Of a stretch of DNA of 64,000 bases, positions 1 to 13,414 are shown piece by piece. Under the pieces are notes generated by a model. It ran no database searches. It saw nothing but the letters and a program-made list of their open reading frames with translations, and was not told the origin of the DNA. Source of the DNA: Geosiphon pyriformis uo1 (Eukaryota; Fungi; Glomeromycota); NCBI GenBank assembly GCA_016748015.1, contig JAAOMT010000295.1, forward strand, positions 1,178,001 through 1,242,000, read 5' to 3'. A program made the translations under genes and the position numbers. How positions within the stretch are numbered: position 1 is the first letter of the stretch; the number at the start of each line of letters is the position of its first letter.

Positions 1-2715
1 TGTATTTGAATATTTTTTTCTATTAATAACTAAGTTAGTTTGAAGAGTTTTTATGTATAATGTTCAAAGTATTAATGTCTTTGCTAAACAAAAAATGTTA
101 TTTACTGGTATGTAAATTCAGGAAATATGATTTTAATTATTACAGAGACAAAATTGAGATCTAGTATTAAGTTATAAATTGTAAACAGATTTAATAGTAT
201 GTGTGTTTTTATATCTGGTTTAAATAAAATTTTTTTTGAGACTGGTATAACAATAATTATAGATAACTCTTTGGTTTAATATGTTTTAAAAGTAAAAAAT
301 TTTTTATTTATCTTATTTTAATCTGGCTTTTGTTTAAAAATAAAATTTTGGTCATAATTTTAAGTCTTTATACTAATGCTTCTACTGAATTTAAATTTGA
401 TTAAGCAGTAAAAACTATTTTTTTTTATTGCTAAGACAGTTAATTTCAGCATTTTTGTGGTTTTGGGTGGAAATTTTAATAAAAACAGTTTAAAAAAAAG
501 TGTAAGTTTTAAGTTTTGTTTGAATCTAAACTTAGTTAACTTATTTAGTAGATATTTATTAGTCAAAATTCCTACTTAAAACAATTTTAAAGACATTGAA
601 AAGATCATAAATTTCATTTTTGTAAATCAAAACCTAATATTTGCAATTACAGGTTATAGAGTTAATATTATGTTTGAGTTTTTTAATACAAATTACAAAA
701 CAATTTTAGTTGTAATCAGTTTGAATAATCTCTTAAATGCTTATCTTAATAATAATTAAAATAAACTAATAAAAATAAATAAAAGTTTAAAATTAAAGAT
801 GTTAATATTACTAAGTAATTATAATTTAAAAAGTATTTATTATATAAATTTTTAAAGAAAGTAACTGAATTTAATAATACAAATAATAATAATAATTTAA
901 ATACAATATAAAAAATTTAAAAAAAAGTGATAGTAAGTTTTGTTAATAAAGTATTCTCTAGATATTAATTTAATAAGTTTGAATATTTAAAAAACAAGCA
1001 ATTATCTAAGTTTTTCAAGCTAAAACTGTTGGTAACTAAGATTGTAAAAAGTTTAAGTTTGAATCAAATTTTAGAGACAGGTTGTCTTATTAATATTTGA
1101 ACTGTTATTAATCATAAAAAAAGCCATCAAAATAAATTTTATAATTAATAGTAGTAAAAAGTTAGAAAAAATTCTAAGTTATTTGTCAAGAATTAAAAAA
1201 AGTACTATAAATCTAAGTATTATGAATTTAGAGTTATTAGAAATAATTTTATTAAAAAAGCAATAGATAAACATATGAAAAACTTTTGTTTTAATAAAAG
1301 ACATATAATTAGAAATGTTTTGGAATAATTATTTTGGAAAATAATGCTCAATTATCTAATAGTAAATAATAATCTGGTTCTGAAATTTTGTGAAGTTAAG
1401 TTTATAATTAACAAGATTATGGAAGAATAAATAAGAAAATATGTAATATTCAATGCTTTGTTTAATTAATAGTCTAATTAATATGCTTCTTTAGATTATG
1501 TTAATAATAATATATTTTCAAAAATAATATATGATATCAAGTTTAATGAGTTTTTGTAGATAATTAAAAAACTGCTTAATGAAAAAGCTATTAATCTTTT
1601 TGGTATTTCTAATAAGTTCTAAAAACATAATGATATGTAAATTTTGGGTGATTTGTTGAATATTTTTAATTTATTTTTAGTGTTAGATATAGTTTGCAAA
1701 CAATAAAAGAAAGCCTAAGTTTTTATAATACCAAAACTATATAATTAAAAAGAAACTTTTATTAATATTAAGTCAATAGTTTTAATTAAAACAGTTCAAA
1801 AAATCTTGTTTAAGCTTTTTTTAAATAGGATTTTTTCAGTCTGTAATAGGTTTAACATCTTGTATAGTAATAATTTTTTAATTTTAAAAAGCACATTTAC
1901 TTAGACTCCAATTTTTGCTGTTGGTTCTGTAATTAAAAATACATTAAAAAAGGGCAGAAAAGTATAATTAGTTCTTTAAAATATGTATAAAATATACAAT
2001 TCTGTTAAGTAGTATTATTTATAAAACAGTCTAATTAGAATTAAAATGTGTTCATGTTTTATTAAGTTTTTTGGAAGTATATACAATAATTAAATTAATT
2101 AAGTAATAACAGATTTCAAGTTTACAAAAAAGTACATTATATATAATAGTCTGAATTAAAAGAAAGTTTTTTTATTGTTGCTGTAAAGAATCTTTTATGA
2201 CTTTTTGTTTTATAAGGTTAAAAGATATGATCATTTGTATGATTAAAAATTGAATTTAAAGTTTTTTATAAAAACTGACAAACAAAATTCTAAGAGTAAT
2301 ATAATTTTTTTTTTGGCAATTAAAGCTTTTATAGACAATACAATCTGGATTGGAAGTAATATAATAACTATTTAATGTATTTTAAATATTGCTAATAAAT
2401 TTTTTTAGATTAACAACATTTTAATTAACTTAGAAAAAAATGATTACTATATTTATTAATCAAAGAGCAAAAACTTTATGCTTGTCAATAAGTGAATTGA
2501 ATATTTTAGTGGTTAAAAAAAATGTGTTTTATAGATATTTGGATATTTTTTTGTCTATAAATAGTTTTTCTAAGCCAAGTTTAATTAAAACTTACTTAAA
2601 CATTAAGTTTTTCACAAATTTAGTTTTAAAAAAAGCTGTTTTTAACAAGCAATTTTTGTATCTGGTATCTGTTATTCTGCAGTTTATAATTAGTTATAAA
2701 TTGCAATTTAGTTAT

Positions 2716-3550
2716 TGTTATAGGTAATTATTTGAGATGTGAATACAAATAACAAACCCATAACTTAGTGCTCAATAGTTAGAATTGTTAGTAATGTCTA
2801 AAGGTTTTCATGATCTAAAAATTTTGATTGAGTTTTTTGTATAATGAACAGAGATTCAATAGTTGTTTTAATAGTCTTTCAGAATAGTTATTCTGTCAAA
2901 TTTTTTTTTAATGTAATGGCCAGTTTATTCTGGCAGTTGTGCTTTTTTGGTAAACTATTCTTAATTTCCGAATTTTATACACTTATTTCTGGTTTTTTAT
3001 TAGACTATTTTTAATATCAATTACTCAATGTTTAATCTCTTTAATTAGTTTGATAAACAACAAACAACAAAAAAACAAAAAAAAAGAAAAGAAAAGATAA
3101 AAAAAAAAAATAAGAATTAGTATTCTGTTAATAACCATAATCAAGAGCTATTGTTCTAATGTAGTTAAGTGTTGGATGTTATTAACATAGAGTATTGATA
3201 ATAGAAGATTGATAAAAATTTTTAATCAAACAATAATAGCATGAATTAGATGATAATAAGTATGTTTTATTTGATATTTTTTGATGAATTCACTTTGGTT
3301 AATAGTAACTATTCATGAAGTGAAAGTTAATTAATAAATAAATAAAAAATACTAAATTAATACAGAACTAAATTAGATTAAATACTTTTTTTGTTTCTAA
3401 TATTACTGCTATATATACATAGTTGGTGTTATATGAAATTCCTGGAATCCTGCAATTCTCTTAGAAAAATTCAGAAATTTCTTTATTACTATGTCTACTT
3501 TTGATTGGCTATTCTTCTAACTATAATACTTTTAATTTCTATAAGTAATA
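2716..3550 (-). mobile_element. Solo LTR S1 (same family as the G3/G4 LTRs)
   Basis: Termini TGTTA...GTAATA (eroded GTAACA); 4-bp TSD TTAT (2712-2715, 3551-3554). Similar along its length to 54588-55389 and to the reverse complement of 61909-62687. Confidence 0.9.
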
Positions 3551-5379
3551 TTATGTATTAGTAAATATGTATAAAAAATAGAACAAATATTAAAAAAGAA
3601 ATTAAAACTTAAAGCCAATTTACTTAAAATCTTTTTCATTAAAACTATTTTTCATTCTGAATTATATGGTTTTAAAGTATTTGGGCAAATACAGACCAAA
3701 AATTTGCTAACTAATTTAGTAGTCTTTGCCAATTCAAAAAAAATTCTTGACAGATTTTTTAAACACAAAGCTATAGATCTATAAATAATAACCTATCTAA
3801 TGTTTTTTGAACTAATAATAGTGTTATTATTGTAGATGTTTTGGGTTTAAAATATTATTTAAGTGTAGTAAATTTATTGAAAAAATTTGGTATTATTTTT
3901 GTAAACCAACTTCTGAACTATTAAAATACATGCTTCACATAGAATACATTTTACAAATAAAAAAAACTAAATTTTAGGAGTCTAATTTCTGGTTGGTTTG
4001 TTTTACTTGTCAAATTTATTAAAGTTGGTAATGTAGTTGGCAATAGTGCCTTAATTTTTTATTCTGCTCCCAATAGTTGTCTGTACAACTTTGGCTTTGT
4101 TAATAAGCATTTTATAAAAAATAAATTTGACAATATATTTGTTTATACAAATAGATTAGTAAAGAGTTTGGAGTTTGTAGATGCTTATAGTAATGCTGCT
4201 GCCTACTTTTTAAATATTAACATAAATATAGAAGTTAGGGTACATGGCTTGTACTTTTTAATTTTATTAAAACTGCAGACTATTGTTCTTGCTTTGAAAT
4301 ATATTCTTGTGTTTAACTTAATTATATTGTTTATAGATAGCCAAATAGTATTAAATATATATAAGTTAATTAAAAAAAATATTAATTTTGATTTTTATAA
4401 TAAATACTAGATAAAAAAAAACATATTTGCCAGACTATTGTGTTTAAAAATTTATTGGTTAATTAGAACAAAGTTAAAGATTATTCCAAAGTTGTTGGCA
4501 ATAAGTATGCAAATTTTTTTGCCAATGCTATTACTATGTCTGATTTTATATTATCTGTTAAAAATTATATTACTTTTTTGTTGTCAAGACAGATTTATCT
4601 TTAAAAATTTTTATTATTTTATTAGGCATTTGTTTGAGGCTATTAATTTTGTTGGTTGAGAATTTAAATATACTAATAGTACTGTAAATAAGATTTTTTA
4701 CAATTTTTTTAATATGTATAGAATTTTTAAAATATGATATTCTAATAATTAAGTTTATTTTGGTTTTACCAGTTCTGTATTTGTAGTGCTTTGGTCTTAT
4801 TTTATAAAAATATTGCATTATTACTTGTCTATAGCCAAAAAAAAAAGTTATATAATTCATGTTATCTTAATATGTTGTATATCTAATAGAATTAATTAAA
4901 AACTTTGATTATATGTTTTTATGTATTTATAATAATTGTGTCAAGAAAAAACTAATTTCAAATACTATTTAAGAATAAACTGTTTTGCTAAATGTTAATA
5001 CTACTAATTATAAGATGGTCAAATTTTTATGTAATACTAAGTTTTTTAATTGTTTATATATATTATTGGCTAAAAGCTTTGTAATAAAAAAGTAAATGAC
5101 TAACATAGTGTATTTGTTAAATGTTAAATCTAATAGTAATTTGTTGGTTATTAATTTGGTTTGAGATTTTGTTGAGATTACAAATTTGCTATATGGTTGT
5201 TAATTATCAAACTAAAAATACATTATAAAAAATATAGTCTTCTGTTATATGATAAATTTGTAATTTTAACTATTTCTAATTTGTTATTTTTGTGATTTCT
5301 TAAAATAATCCATGATTTTAGTATTAGATTGGATATACATGTTTGTTTTAAATTGTATTTTTGTTTGGTTAATATATAT

Positions 5380-6132
5380 TGTTATGGGTTGGAGTAACAA
5401 GCTAATAGATAGCAAAGAAAAACAAAATTGTAGGGTGATAAAAATAATCAAAGGGGATTCAACTTCAAAGAGTGAATTAAATAAGTATGGATTCAATGTG
5501 TGAGATCAGTCTTATAAAATATATCAGTTACTATATTTTTTAAAAAATAACTGGAGAATCTGAAGATAGAGAAATAGTCTATACTGTTAAAAAATAATTA
5601 TGCCTGATATAATTCTATGCTTTATGTTAGTGTTCTTAGAATTCAATATCAGATATCAAATGTACTTTTCAGTTATGTTTTATTCAATAATCTTCAAATA
5701 CTGCAATTATATGTTTCAGGAAAAGAGTAAAAAATAACTAACAAGTAATCTTTTATTTCAAGATATTCAGATACTTAAAGATAGAGAAAAGGAGTTTTAG
5801 TGATAAAAGAATGATTAAGATAAAAGTTGTTATTTTATTTATTTTATTTTCTTGATTTTTTGACATGCTTTTCTACAATTAAGAGATTCATCACTTATAT
5901 AGCTATCAAAAATGGTTAATAATTAGGTCAACAATTAGGTCAATGATTAGGTTAATGATTAAGTCAATAATTAGGTCATTGATCAGGTCAATAATTAGAT
6001 TAATAATCAGATCAACAGTTAGGTTATTGATCAAATCAATGATCACTTCTAAAAATAGAGTGGCTAATTTATATAACATCAGTGGCTAATACATGTGATA
6101 ATTAATAAAAAGTATAAGTTTCAACCATAATA
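5380..6132 (-). repeat. 3' LTR of G1
   Basis: Direct repeat of 12415-13176; termini TGTTATG...CATAATA; adjacent PPT. Confidence 0.95.
5914..6045 (-). promoter_or_regulatory. U3 tandem array of G1 LTR: 11 x 12 bp (+ strand consensus GGTCAAYGATYA), followed in element sense by TATATAA
   Basis: Eleven 12-mers counted; second copy at 12958-13089; TATA-like box at ~5894-5900 on the minus strand. Confidence 0.75.
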
Positions 6133-6758
6133 TCATCCTCTTCAAAGAGATTGAGCTCTGGCAAAATTAAGCTATTCATGGTGTAATCTATTTGAAGAGT
6201 TTTATTTAACTCAAAGCTAACTAGTTTGTTAAAGTCTTTTGTGGATAGGGTATATAATATTTGAGATGAAATAAGTTTTGTATTCAAGAGACCAAATTTT
6301 TGTATTAGAGTTTTAGTTTTTTTAGCAATAGTTAAAACTTTTAGGACATCTAACTGTATAATGCCCAAAATTTTTGTCTGTATTTCTGAAGTTGTTTTCT
6401 TTATGAGTTTCATATTCTCTATGATTTTTTCAAGGTGACCATAGAGTTCTAATTGTCTTTCATATGACAAGTTTTTGTTTATAGGTAAGATTTCTTGGAG
6501 TGTTTTTCCAATTGTATTAGAAGGTAGAAGTATAGCTGCTATTATACTTTCCAACAGATATTTATCTATTTTGCTACCAATTCTTTCTCTTTTGGTAGTA
6601 GTTTTCTTTGGTCTAATAACAGTATATGTTCTATTATTATCAGTTATAATGGTTTGTTTTCCAATGGTCAAAGTAGCATTTGAATAGTTTTTGATCAAAT
6701 ACTTATAGAAAGTATAGAAGACATTTTGAATGTTTTGATCCAGAAAATAATTGTTCAT
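6102..6758 (-). CDS. G1 accessory ORF3 (218 aa, env position, unknown function); reads through PPT into U3
   Basis: Uninterrupted ATG-started ORF between integrase and 3' LTR; stop lies inside the LTR; same position as ORF3 of G2/G3 and weakly similar to them. Confidence 0.7.
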   Translation of the reverse strand: MNNYFLDQNIQNVFYTFYKYLIKNYSNATLTIGKQTIITDNNRTYTVIRPKKTTTKRERIGSKIDKYLLESIIAAILLPSNTIGKTLQEILPINKNLSYERQLELYGHLEKIIENMKLIKKTTSEIQTKILGIIQLDVLKVLTIAKKTKTLIQKFGLLNTKLISSQILYTLSTKDFNKLVSFELNKTLQIDYTMNSLILPELNLFEEDDIMVETYTFY

Positions 6759-6819
6759 GTCAATTGAAAATACTTTTGTTTTGAGAATGATGCATTTATT
6801 TATACTTGATTTTTGTTAA

Positions 6820-9800
6820 TTATTTGAGTTGATATTATCACAACAGGCAACTAATTAGGTTGTTTATGATATTTCTTGAATCATGTATTATAAATAAGAT
6901 GATTATTAAAGATTGTTCTGGATTGATCTTAAAGAATATAAGAACTATTATTCAAAACTTTGTTGACTATAAAGGGTCTTTTCTATTGGCTAGAGAATTT
7001 ATCATTATAAATATTGTTTCTATCTGAACAGTATTCTAATACCAAGTTACCGATATTTAAAGAAAGTGTTTTATAGGTTTTCTTTTTTTTAAGCTTTTTT
7101 TGAAACTGTTTTATCTTTTCAAAAGCAATTATTTGTGCTTCTACTAAGGAGTCAAGAATAGTACCAAGTTTTTTTTGCAAAATGTCTTTATAATTTCCTA
7201 TTGTGATCTCTTCAAAAGGTATTGTTTTAATGTCAATTTCTATTGGTAGTGTTGTCATGTGTTCATAGAGCAGATAAAAAGGTTTATAACTTGTTATGTT
7301 ATAATTTACAGTTCTATAAGCAAACAAAGCTGAAGGCAGTACTTTGTTCCATAAGTTTGTTTTTTCACTGGTTTTGGCTAAGGTTTCACATAGTGTTTTA
7401 TTAAAACGTTCTATTAGGCCATTTGTTTGGGAGTAATAAGAGGAAAAAAGTTTATAATGTATTCCTATTTTTCTACAAAGTTCTTCAATCAGTGTACTGA
7501 GAAAAGCTCTTCCTTTATCAGATAAAAGTTTTTTGGAGCAGCCATAATGGCAAATAATATTTTCATAAATGAAATTGGCTATTGAGACTGCTATTTGGTC
7601 AAGAGTGGCTCTTGTTTCTACCTACTTTGTAAGATAGTTAGTAGCTGTGATAATGTATCTGTTGCCATTAGGAGTTATTGTTAAAGATCTAACAACATCT
7701 ATACCAATTCTGTCAAATAGTTGACCAACAGAAATTGAATGGATATTTTTTTTGCGATTGGATTTGTCTTTTTTTTGGCAGATGTTACAGATTTTGATGT
7801 ATTTAGCAATATTCTTTTCCAAAGTAGGTTAATAATAGTGAGCTAAAGTTTTTTGAATTGTTTTTGTTTTTTTAAAGTGTTTAACTAATAGGTCAGTGTA
7901 CATGTTGTATATTACAATTTCTCTTTCTTCATATCTAATAACTCTTTGGGGACAGTTAGAATCTTTTCTATTTCTTTTATATAGCTGGTTCTGGCAAATC
8001 AAATAGAAATTTAATTGTTTGTACAAATATTCTCTTTGCTGTTGAGTGTATTTTGGTGAATATTGTTTTTTACCCAAAAATTTTATTAAGACAGAGTAGT
8101 TGTCCAAGTCCATTATCATGTTTGTTTGTGAAGGAGTTACTAATAATTAAGTTAGTTTGGTTTAAGAGATTGTATTATCACTGGATGGTAAGTCTAAAAA
8201 GAGCATTGGTGTTTTGATAATTTGCTCCTTTGCAGTGTTGAATATTATAATTGAATTCATTCAAGTAGAGTATCCAGCAAGTTATTCATTTGTGTTCCAG
8301 CTTCTTTTTATTGTACAGCCAAACCAAGACTTAATGATCTGTTACCACTAAGAAGATATTGATTCCAGTAACTAGTAGTCCAAACTACTGCTAAATATTT
8401 TTGTTCAGTAACTGAATAGTTTTTTTCTGTTGGTGTGAAGAATTTATTGGCATATGCTATAGCATATTTTCTGTTATTTTCATTTTTTTGTGAAAGAACA
8501 GCACTAAGTCCATAGCCAGATGCATCAATGTGGAGAATAAAAGATTGGTCCAGATCAAGTTGCTTGAGAATTGGTTTAGTAACAAGTTTTTTCTTTAGAA
8601 TTTCAAAAGCTTTTTGTTGATGAATACTCCAGTGATAATTGACATTTTTCCTGAGTAGCTGATTGAAAGAAAAAGTGATTTTAGAGAAATTTTTGATAAA
8701 TTTGTGATAGTAAGAGGCCAAACTAAGAAAAAAGTGTAGTTTAAGAACATTCATTGGTTGTCTAATGTTCTAAACTTTTTTAACTTTAGCTGGGTCAGAG
8801 AAAATTCCATCTTTTATAATAAGATGACCAAGGAACTGGGTAGATTGGCATCCAAAGAAAGATTTAATTGGGTTGATCTTAAGGCCAGCATTTCTGAGCA
8901 GATCAAAAACCTTTTGCAAGTGTTTAAGATGTTTATTCCAGGTTTTTGAGTAAACCATTATGTCATTTAAATAGACCAGAACAAAGTTTTCTTTTACTGA
9001 TTCAAATACTTTGTTCATTAGGTGTTGAAAAGTGGAAGAGGCATTGGTAAAACCAAAAAGCATAACTGTGAATTTATAGGTACCATACTTGGTAATGAAA
9101 GCAGTTTTTTTTCTGCTTTCTGGATCTATCTCTACTTGCCAGAATCCAGTAGTTAAGTCAATAGTTGAAAAGAAAGCAGCACCATTGAATTTATCTAGCA
9201 TTGCATTAATTTTGGGGAATGGGTACATGTTTCTTATAGTGATAGTATTTAGTTGGTGGTAGTTAACACAAAAGCATAGAGTTCTACCTTTCTTAAATAC
9301 TACTACAACTGGAAAAGCCTATTCACTCTTAGTTTTTTGTATAAATTCAGGATTTTTCATCTGGTTTATTTCTTTCTTGATAAATTCATTATTGTGTTAA
9401 TTAGATTGATAAGACTTCAAATGGATAGAATGAGTTTTTTTTGTGGTAATGGTGTGTTGTATTATATGAGTTCGTTCAGGAATATTACTTTCTTTTGAAA
9501 TAACTGGGCTATTTCTAGCCAACAGATTTTTAATGTCCACTTTTTTTTTTTTAAGGGAGGGTTTTCTTTGTTCTTCAATTAATAATTGGATCTCAGGTGG
9601 TTCATTTTTAAAAGACTTCTGTACTTCTTTTAGTTCTTTTCTGAATATTAAACTAATTGGCTTCCAATTTTTGTAATAAATTAAACAAGACTTGTATTTA
9701 TTACTAGAGAAATACAAAGATTTATCACACCAGCATCTGGCACAAGGACCATGCCACCAATAACTGTATTTTGCTTTCTTGCCAGATTTTCTATCAAAGA

Positions 9801-12362
9801 TTCTTCTGAAAATATCATAGTAGAGCCAGCAGATCAGTTTGTCATTTACCATAATTTCTTCTTTGTTAGTTTTAACATTGTCCAGTGGCTTGTCATTGCT
9901 GGTGAAAATAGTATAGGTGAGTTCAGCAGTTTTTTTTTGTTTTTCTTGATTTTTTTCTTCATCACTCTTATTATCATCTGACTTATCTGATTGTTTTTCT
10001 TCTTGGTTTTGTTTGGGTACTGGAGGAGTTGTTTAATAACAACACTTAACCACAATGGGTTTCTTACCACATCTGATGATCAGTTTACAGAGTTTATAAT
10101 CAAACAAAACTTTTGCTTTCTTGAGCCATTTATTGCCAACTATTATGGCATATTTTTTTACTTTAGATACTTCTATGTCAGTTTTAATGCTGATACCATT
10201 GATTTGGACAAGAACAGCTTTGGCTATGTTCAGATCTTTTTCTTGTTACTATGTACATTGGTTATTGGTCTTGTAGATAGTTCATCAATTTTTCTGCCAA
10301 TTGTTTCTAAAAAGTGTTTGATAATAATGCTAACAGATAATTCACTGTCCAGGATCAGATCAATAAAGTAATCAGCCACTTGGGCTTTACAAATAAGAGG
10401 AGTAACATTGCTGTTGTTAACAAGTCCAGCTTGGTATGGGTGTTTGTTAGTCTTTGGTGTCTTTTTCTTAAGAATCAAAGATTTGCAAAGGTCTTTTCTG
10501 AATTGGAGATGAGTCATTAACTGGCCAAAAATAATGTGAGCAGATGTTTCTATAAGATCTTTGACAACAAAATAGGGTCCAGATTTTTGTACAATTTCTG
10601 GAAGTTCTAACTTTAGAGGATTCTTAAAAACTTTAGTCTTTGGTGGTTCATTGTTATCAACAGTTGATTTGGATGTTTTGTTTGGGTCCAAAACGAAATT
10701 AATCTTGGCTTTTTTTTTCTTTCTGGTTGATTCAGAAGTGTTGATTGCTAATTCATTCATGTTATAATCATCATTAGTTAAATTAAAAGCATAAAAGGGG
10801 TTTTTTCTGGTTGGCTTGTATTCTTACCCTTTGGAGATGTGTCTACTAATTTAAAGGCTGATAAATAATAGCTTCAACTAAGATGTTGGCATGATTGGAT
10901 TTTTGGTTGAGAACATTGTTGTTGATAATTCTGTTGTTTTGATTGTCATTGTTTTTGAGAGCTGGAGAAGACAGGGGAGAATTGTTGCAATCTCTGGAGA
11001 AATGTTCAGTTAATTTACAGTGATAACACACAGATGGGCCACAATTTTGTTGTCTTTGATAAGAGGGTTTCTGGGGTTAATTAAAACAGGATTCAAATCT
11101 GGGTCTTTGGGGTTGTTAATTTTCTCTAACTGCTTGGGTTAAGAGTTCCAGTAACTGGGCAAGATTAGCTGTAAGTCTATCTATTAACTGTTTATTTGGG
11201 TCTTAAGTTTGGGCAGCAAAAGAGACAGCAGTCATTTGAGAAGCAAGAGTCATAACAGAAGCAGGAGCAAAAACTGAAAGTGTAGATCCCAAGTGCATTC
11301 TTTGGTTGTCTTCAATTTATTGAGCAAGTTCAATAGTCATGTCTATTGTGGAATTGTTTTTCAGGGCCAGAAAAGACCAAAAAACATAGAACAGATTTGT
11401 TCTTAATCTTTTTGTAAAGGAATGAATCTTTTGTTCTTTTGTTCAGTTTCTTCCAGAGTCTACTCTTTTAATTAACTTTCTAATAACTTTGGCATATTTA
11501 GTTACCACTTCACCAGGACTTTGCGTCTTTTTTTTTAGTTCCATGCACCATTTAGATATCAAAATAGGAGTTCTAAATTTTATTTCAAACTGAGTAGTAA
11601 AAGAGGTATTGTCTTTTCCAGTATTTGCTAATGCCTATTTAATGATTTTTTGCTAAGCATTGGCATTGGTTTCTTGTAAGAACCAAGTAGCAAGAGAGTC
11701 TTAAAGGTAGTCACCAACAATTTGGAACTTATATTCATTGTTATATTGGCTCTTTCAAAATTGTCCAATTATTCAATTGGATCTTGTGCATTATCTCTAA
11801 ACAAGAGTAATGAAGTGTTGTTTTTTCTTCCCAAAGCAGTTTGTATGTCTTGGAAGGCAATCAGAATGTTCTGTTGCATAAGATTATTAGCCATTGGTTA
11901 AGGAGTTACTGTTTAAGTAGAATAATTTGATTCACTTGAGAAGAGATCAAAAACAAAAGCAATTTGATAGCTTTCTTCTTCTGTTTCAAGAGGAGTTTTA
12001 GTTGATTGATGGGCAGCAATCCAAGTATAGATTTAATAATTCAGATATTCGAAATTAGGGGGCTGTTGTTTAAAGGTTGTAAAATATAAAAGCTGATTGA
12101 TGCTGTTGTTTCTTTCTTCAAAGTTGTTTTCAAAATAAGCTTGTTCAAAATAATAAGTTGTATAGGCTGTGTAGGTTTCAGCTGAATGCTCATTTAGGAA
12201 CCAGTTTCAAAAGTCTTGAAATTGTCTGGTGGATTGTTTTTCAATGAGAAAGCAAATCAAGCAGGAGGGCAAAAGATTGAGTTCAATAAAGTCTAGATTA
12301 TTTTTGTTGTGTGCTTTAAAGTATTCTTCTAATTGTTGTAGCAGGTATAAATAATCACCCAT
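6820..12362 (-). pseudogene. G1 gag-pol (disrupted)
   Basis: CCHC knuckle CYHCKLTEHFSRDC (~10990-11030); protease IDLILDSE (~10345-10370); RT DLTTGFWQV, FGFTNA, VYLNDI (8770-9228); RNase H LHIDASGYGL (8308-8754); integrase H..H/CNIC and FDRIGIDVV (~7000-8119). Many TAA/TAG/TGA stops at Q/W/R codons. Confidence 0.9.
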
Positions 12363-12390
12363 ACAATAGGAAACAAAGTGAATTTTGACA

Positions 12391-12408
12391 ATCTCACAGA
12401 GAGCACCA
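12391..12408 (-). promoter_or_regulatory. G1 primer-binding site, complementary to elongator tRNA-Met 3' end
   Basis: Minus strand TGGTGCTCTCTGTGAGAT vs TGGTGCTCCCTGTGAGGT expected from the tRNA at 51756-51828 plus CCA: 16/18, both mismatches transitions. Confidence 0.85.
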
Positions 12409-12414
12409 CTTTTA

Positions 12415-13176
12415 TGTTATGGATTGGAGTAACAAGCTAATAGATAGCAAGAGAGAACAAGATTGTAAGGTGATAAAAATAATCAAAGAAGATTTAACTT
12501 CAAAGAACGAATTAAATAAGTATGGATTCAATATGCAAGATCAGTTTCATAAAATATCTCAGTCACTATACTTTTTAAAAAATAACTGGAGAATCTGAAG
12601 GTAGAAAGATAGTCCATACTGTCAACAAATGATTATGCCTAATATAATTCTATGCCTCATGTTGGTGCTCTTAGAATTCAATATCAGGTATTAGATGTAC
12701 TCTTCAGTTATGTTTTATTCAATAATCTTCAAATAATGCAATTACATGTTTCAGGAAAAGAGTAAAAAATAACCAACAAATAATCTTTTATTCCAAGATG
12801 TTCAGATACTTGAAAGTAGAGAAAGAGAGTTTTAGCAATAAGAGAATAATTGAGATGAAAGTTGTTATTTTATTTATTTTATTTATTTTATTTTCTTGAT
12901 TTTTTAACATACTTTTCTATAGCTAAGAGATTCATTGCTTATATAGCTATCAAAAATAATCAATAATCAGATCAATGATTAAGTCAATGATCAGATCAAT
13001 AATCAGATCAATGATTAGGTCATTAATCAGGTCAATAATAAGGTCAATGATTAGGTTAACAGTTAGATCATTGATCAGATTAATGATCACTTCTAAAAAT
13101 AGAGTGGCTAATTTATATGACATCAATGGCTAATACATGTGATAATTAATAAAAAGTATAAGTTTCAACTATAACA
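12415..13176 (-). repeat. 5' LTR of G1
   Basis: Termini TGTTATGG...TATAACA; PBS 6 nt inside. Confidence 0.95.
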
Positions 13177-13414
13177 ATATTTTGGTTTTTTGTATGATTT
13201 TTTTGTAGTAGGTAGTTTAAATATATAGTATTGTTTTAATTGGCCTAAATAACTGGTCATATATAAAAAAAAATAAACTATATTTTTTTTTATTGTTTTA
13301 ACAAGTGAAGTCCAACTACTATCTAGTACATAGAACCAAACTAAGTGACCCAAACTAAACGCAATTTACATATTTACTACATATGGCTAGCCACTCAGGC
13401 CAGTCAAGACAACA

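Larger units (their letters stand above)
5380..13176 (-). mobile_element. G1: full-length Ty3/gypsy-type LTR retrotransposon (gag-PR-RT-RH-IN plus 3' accessory ORF; no dUTPase seen)
   Basis: Direct-repeat LTRs 5380-6132 and 12415-13176; TSD ATAT (5376-5379, 13177-13180); PBS 12391-12408; PPT GAAGAGGATGA next to the 3' LTR; gypsy domain order. Confidence 0.95.

Noticed and set aside
6102-6758. ORF3 as an envelope gene
   Set aside because: Short, with no visible signal peptide, transmembrane helix or Cys-rich ectodomain.
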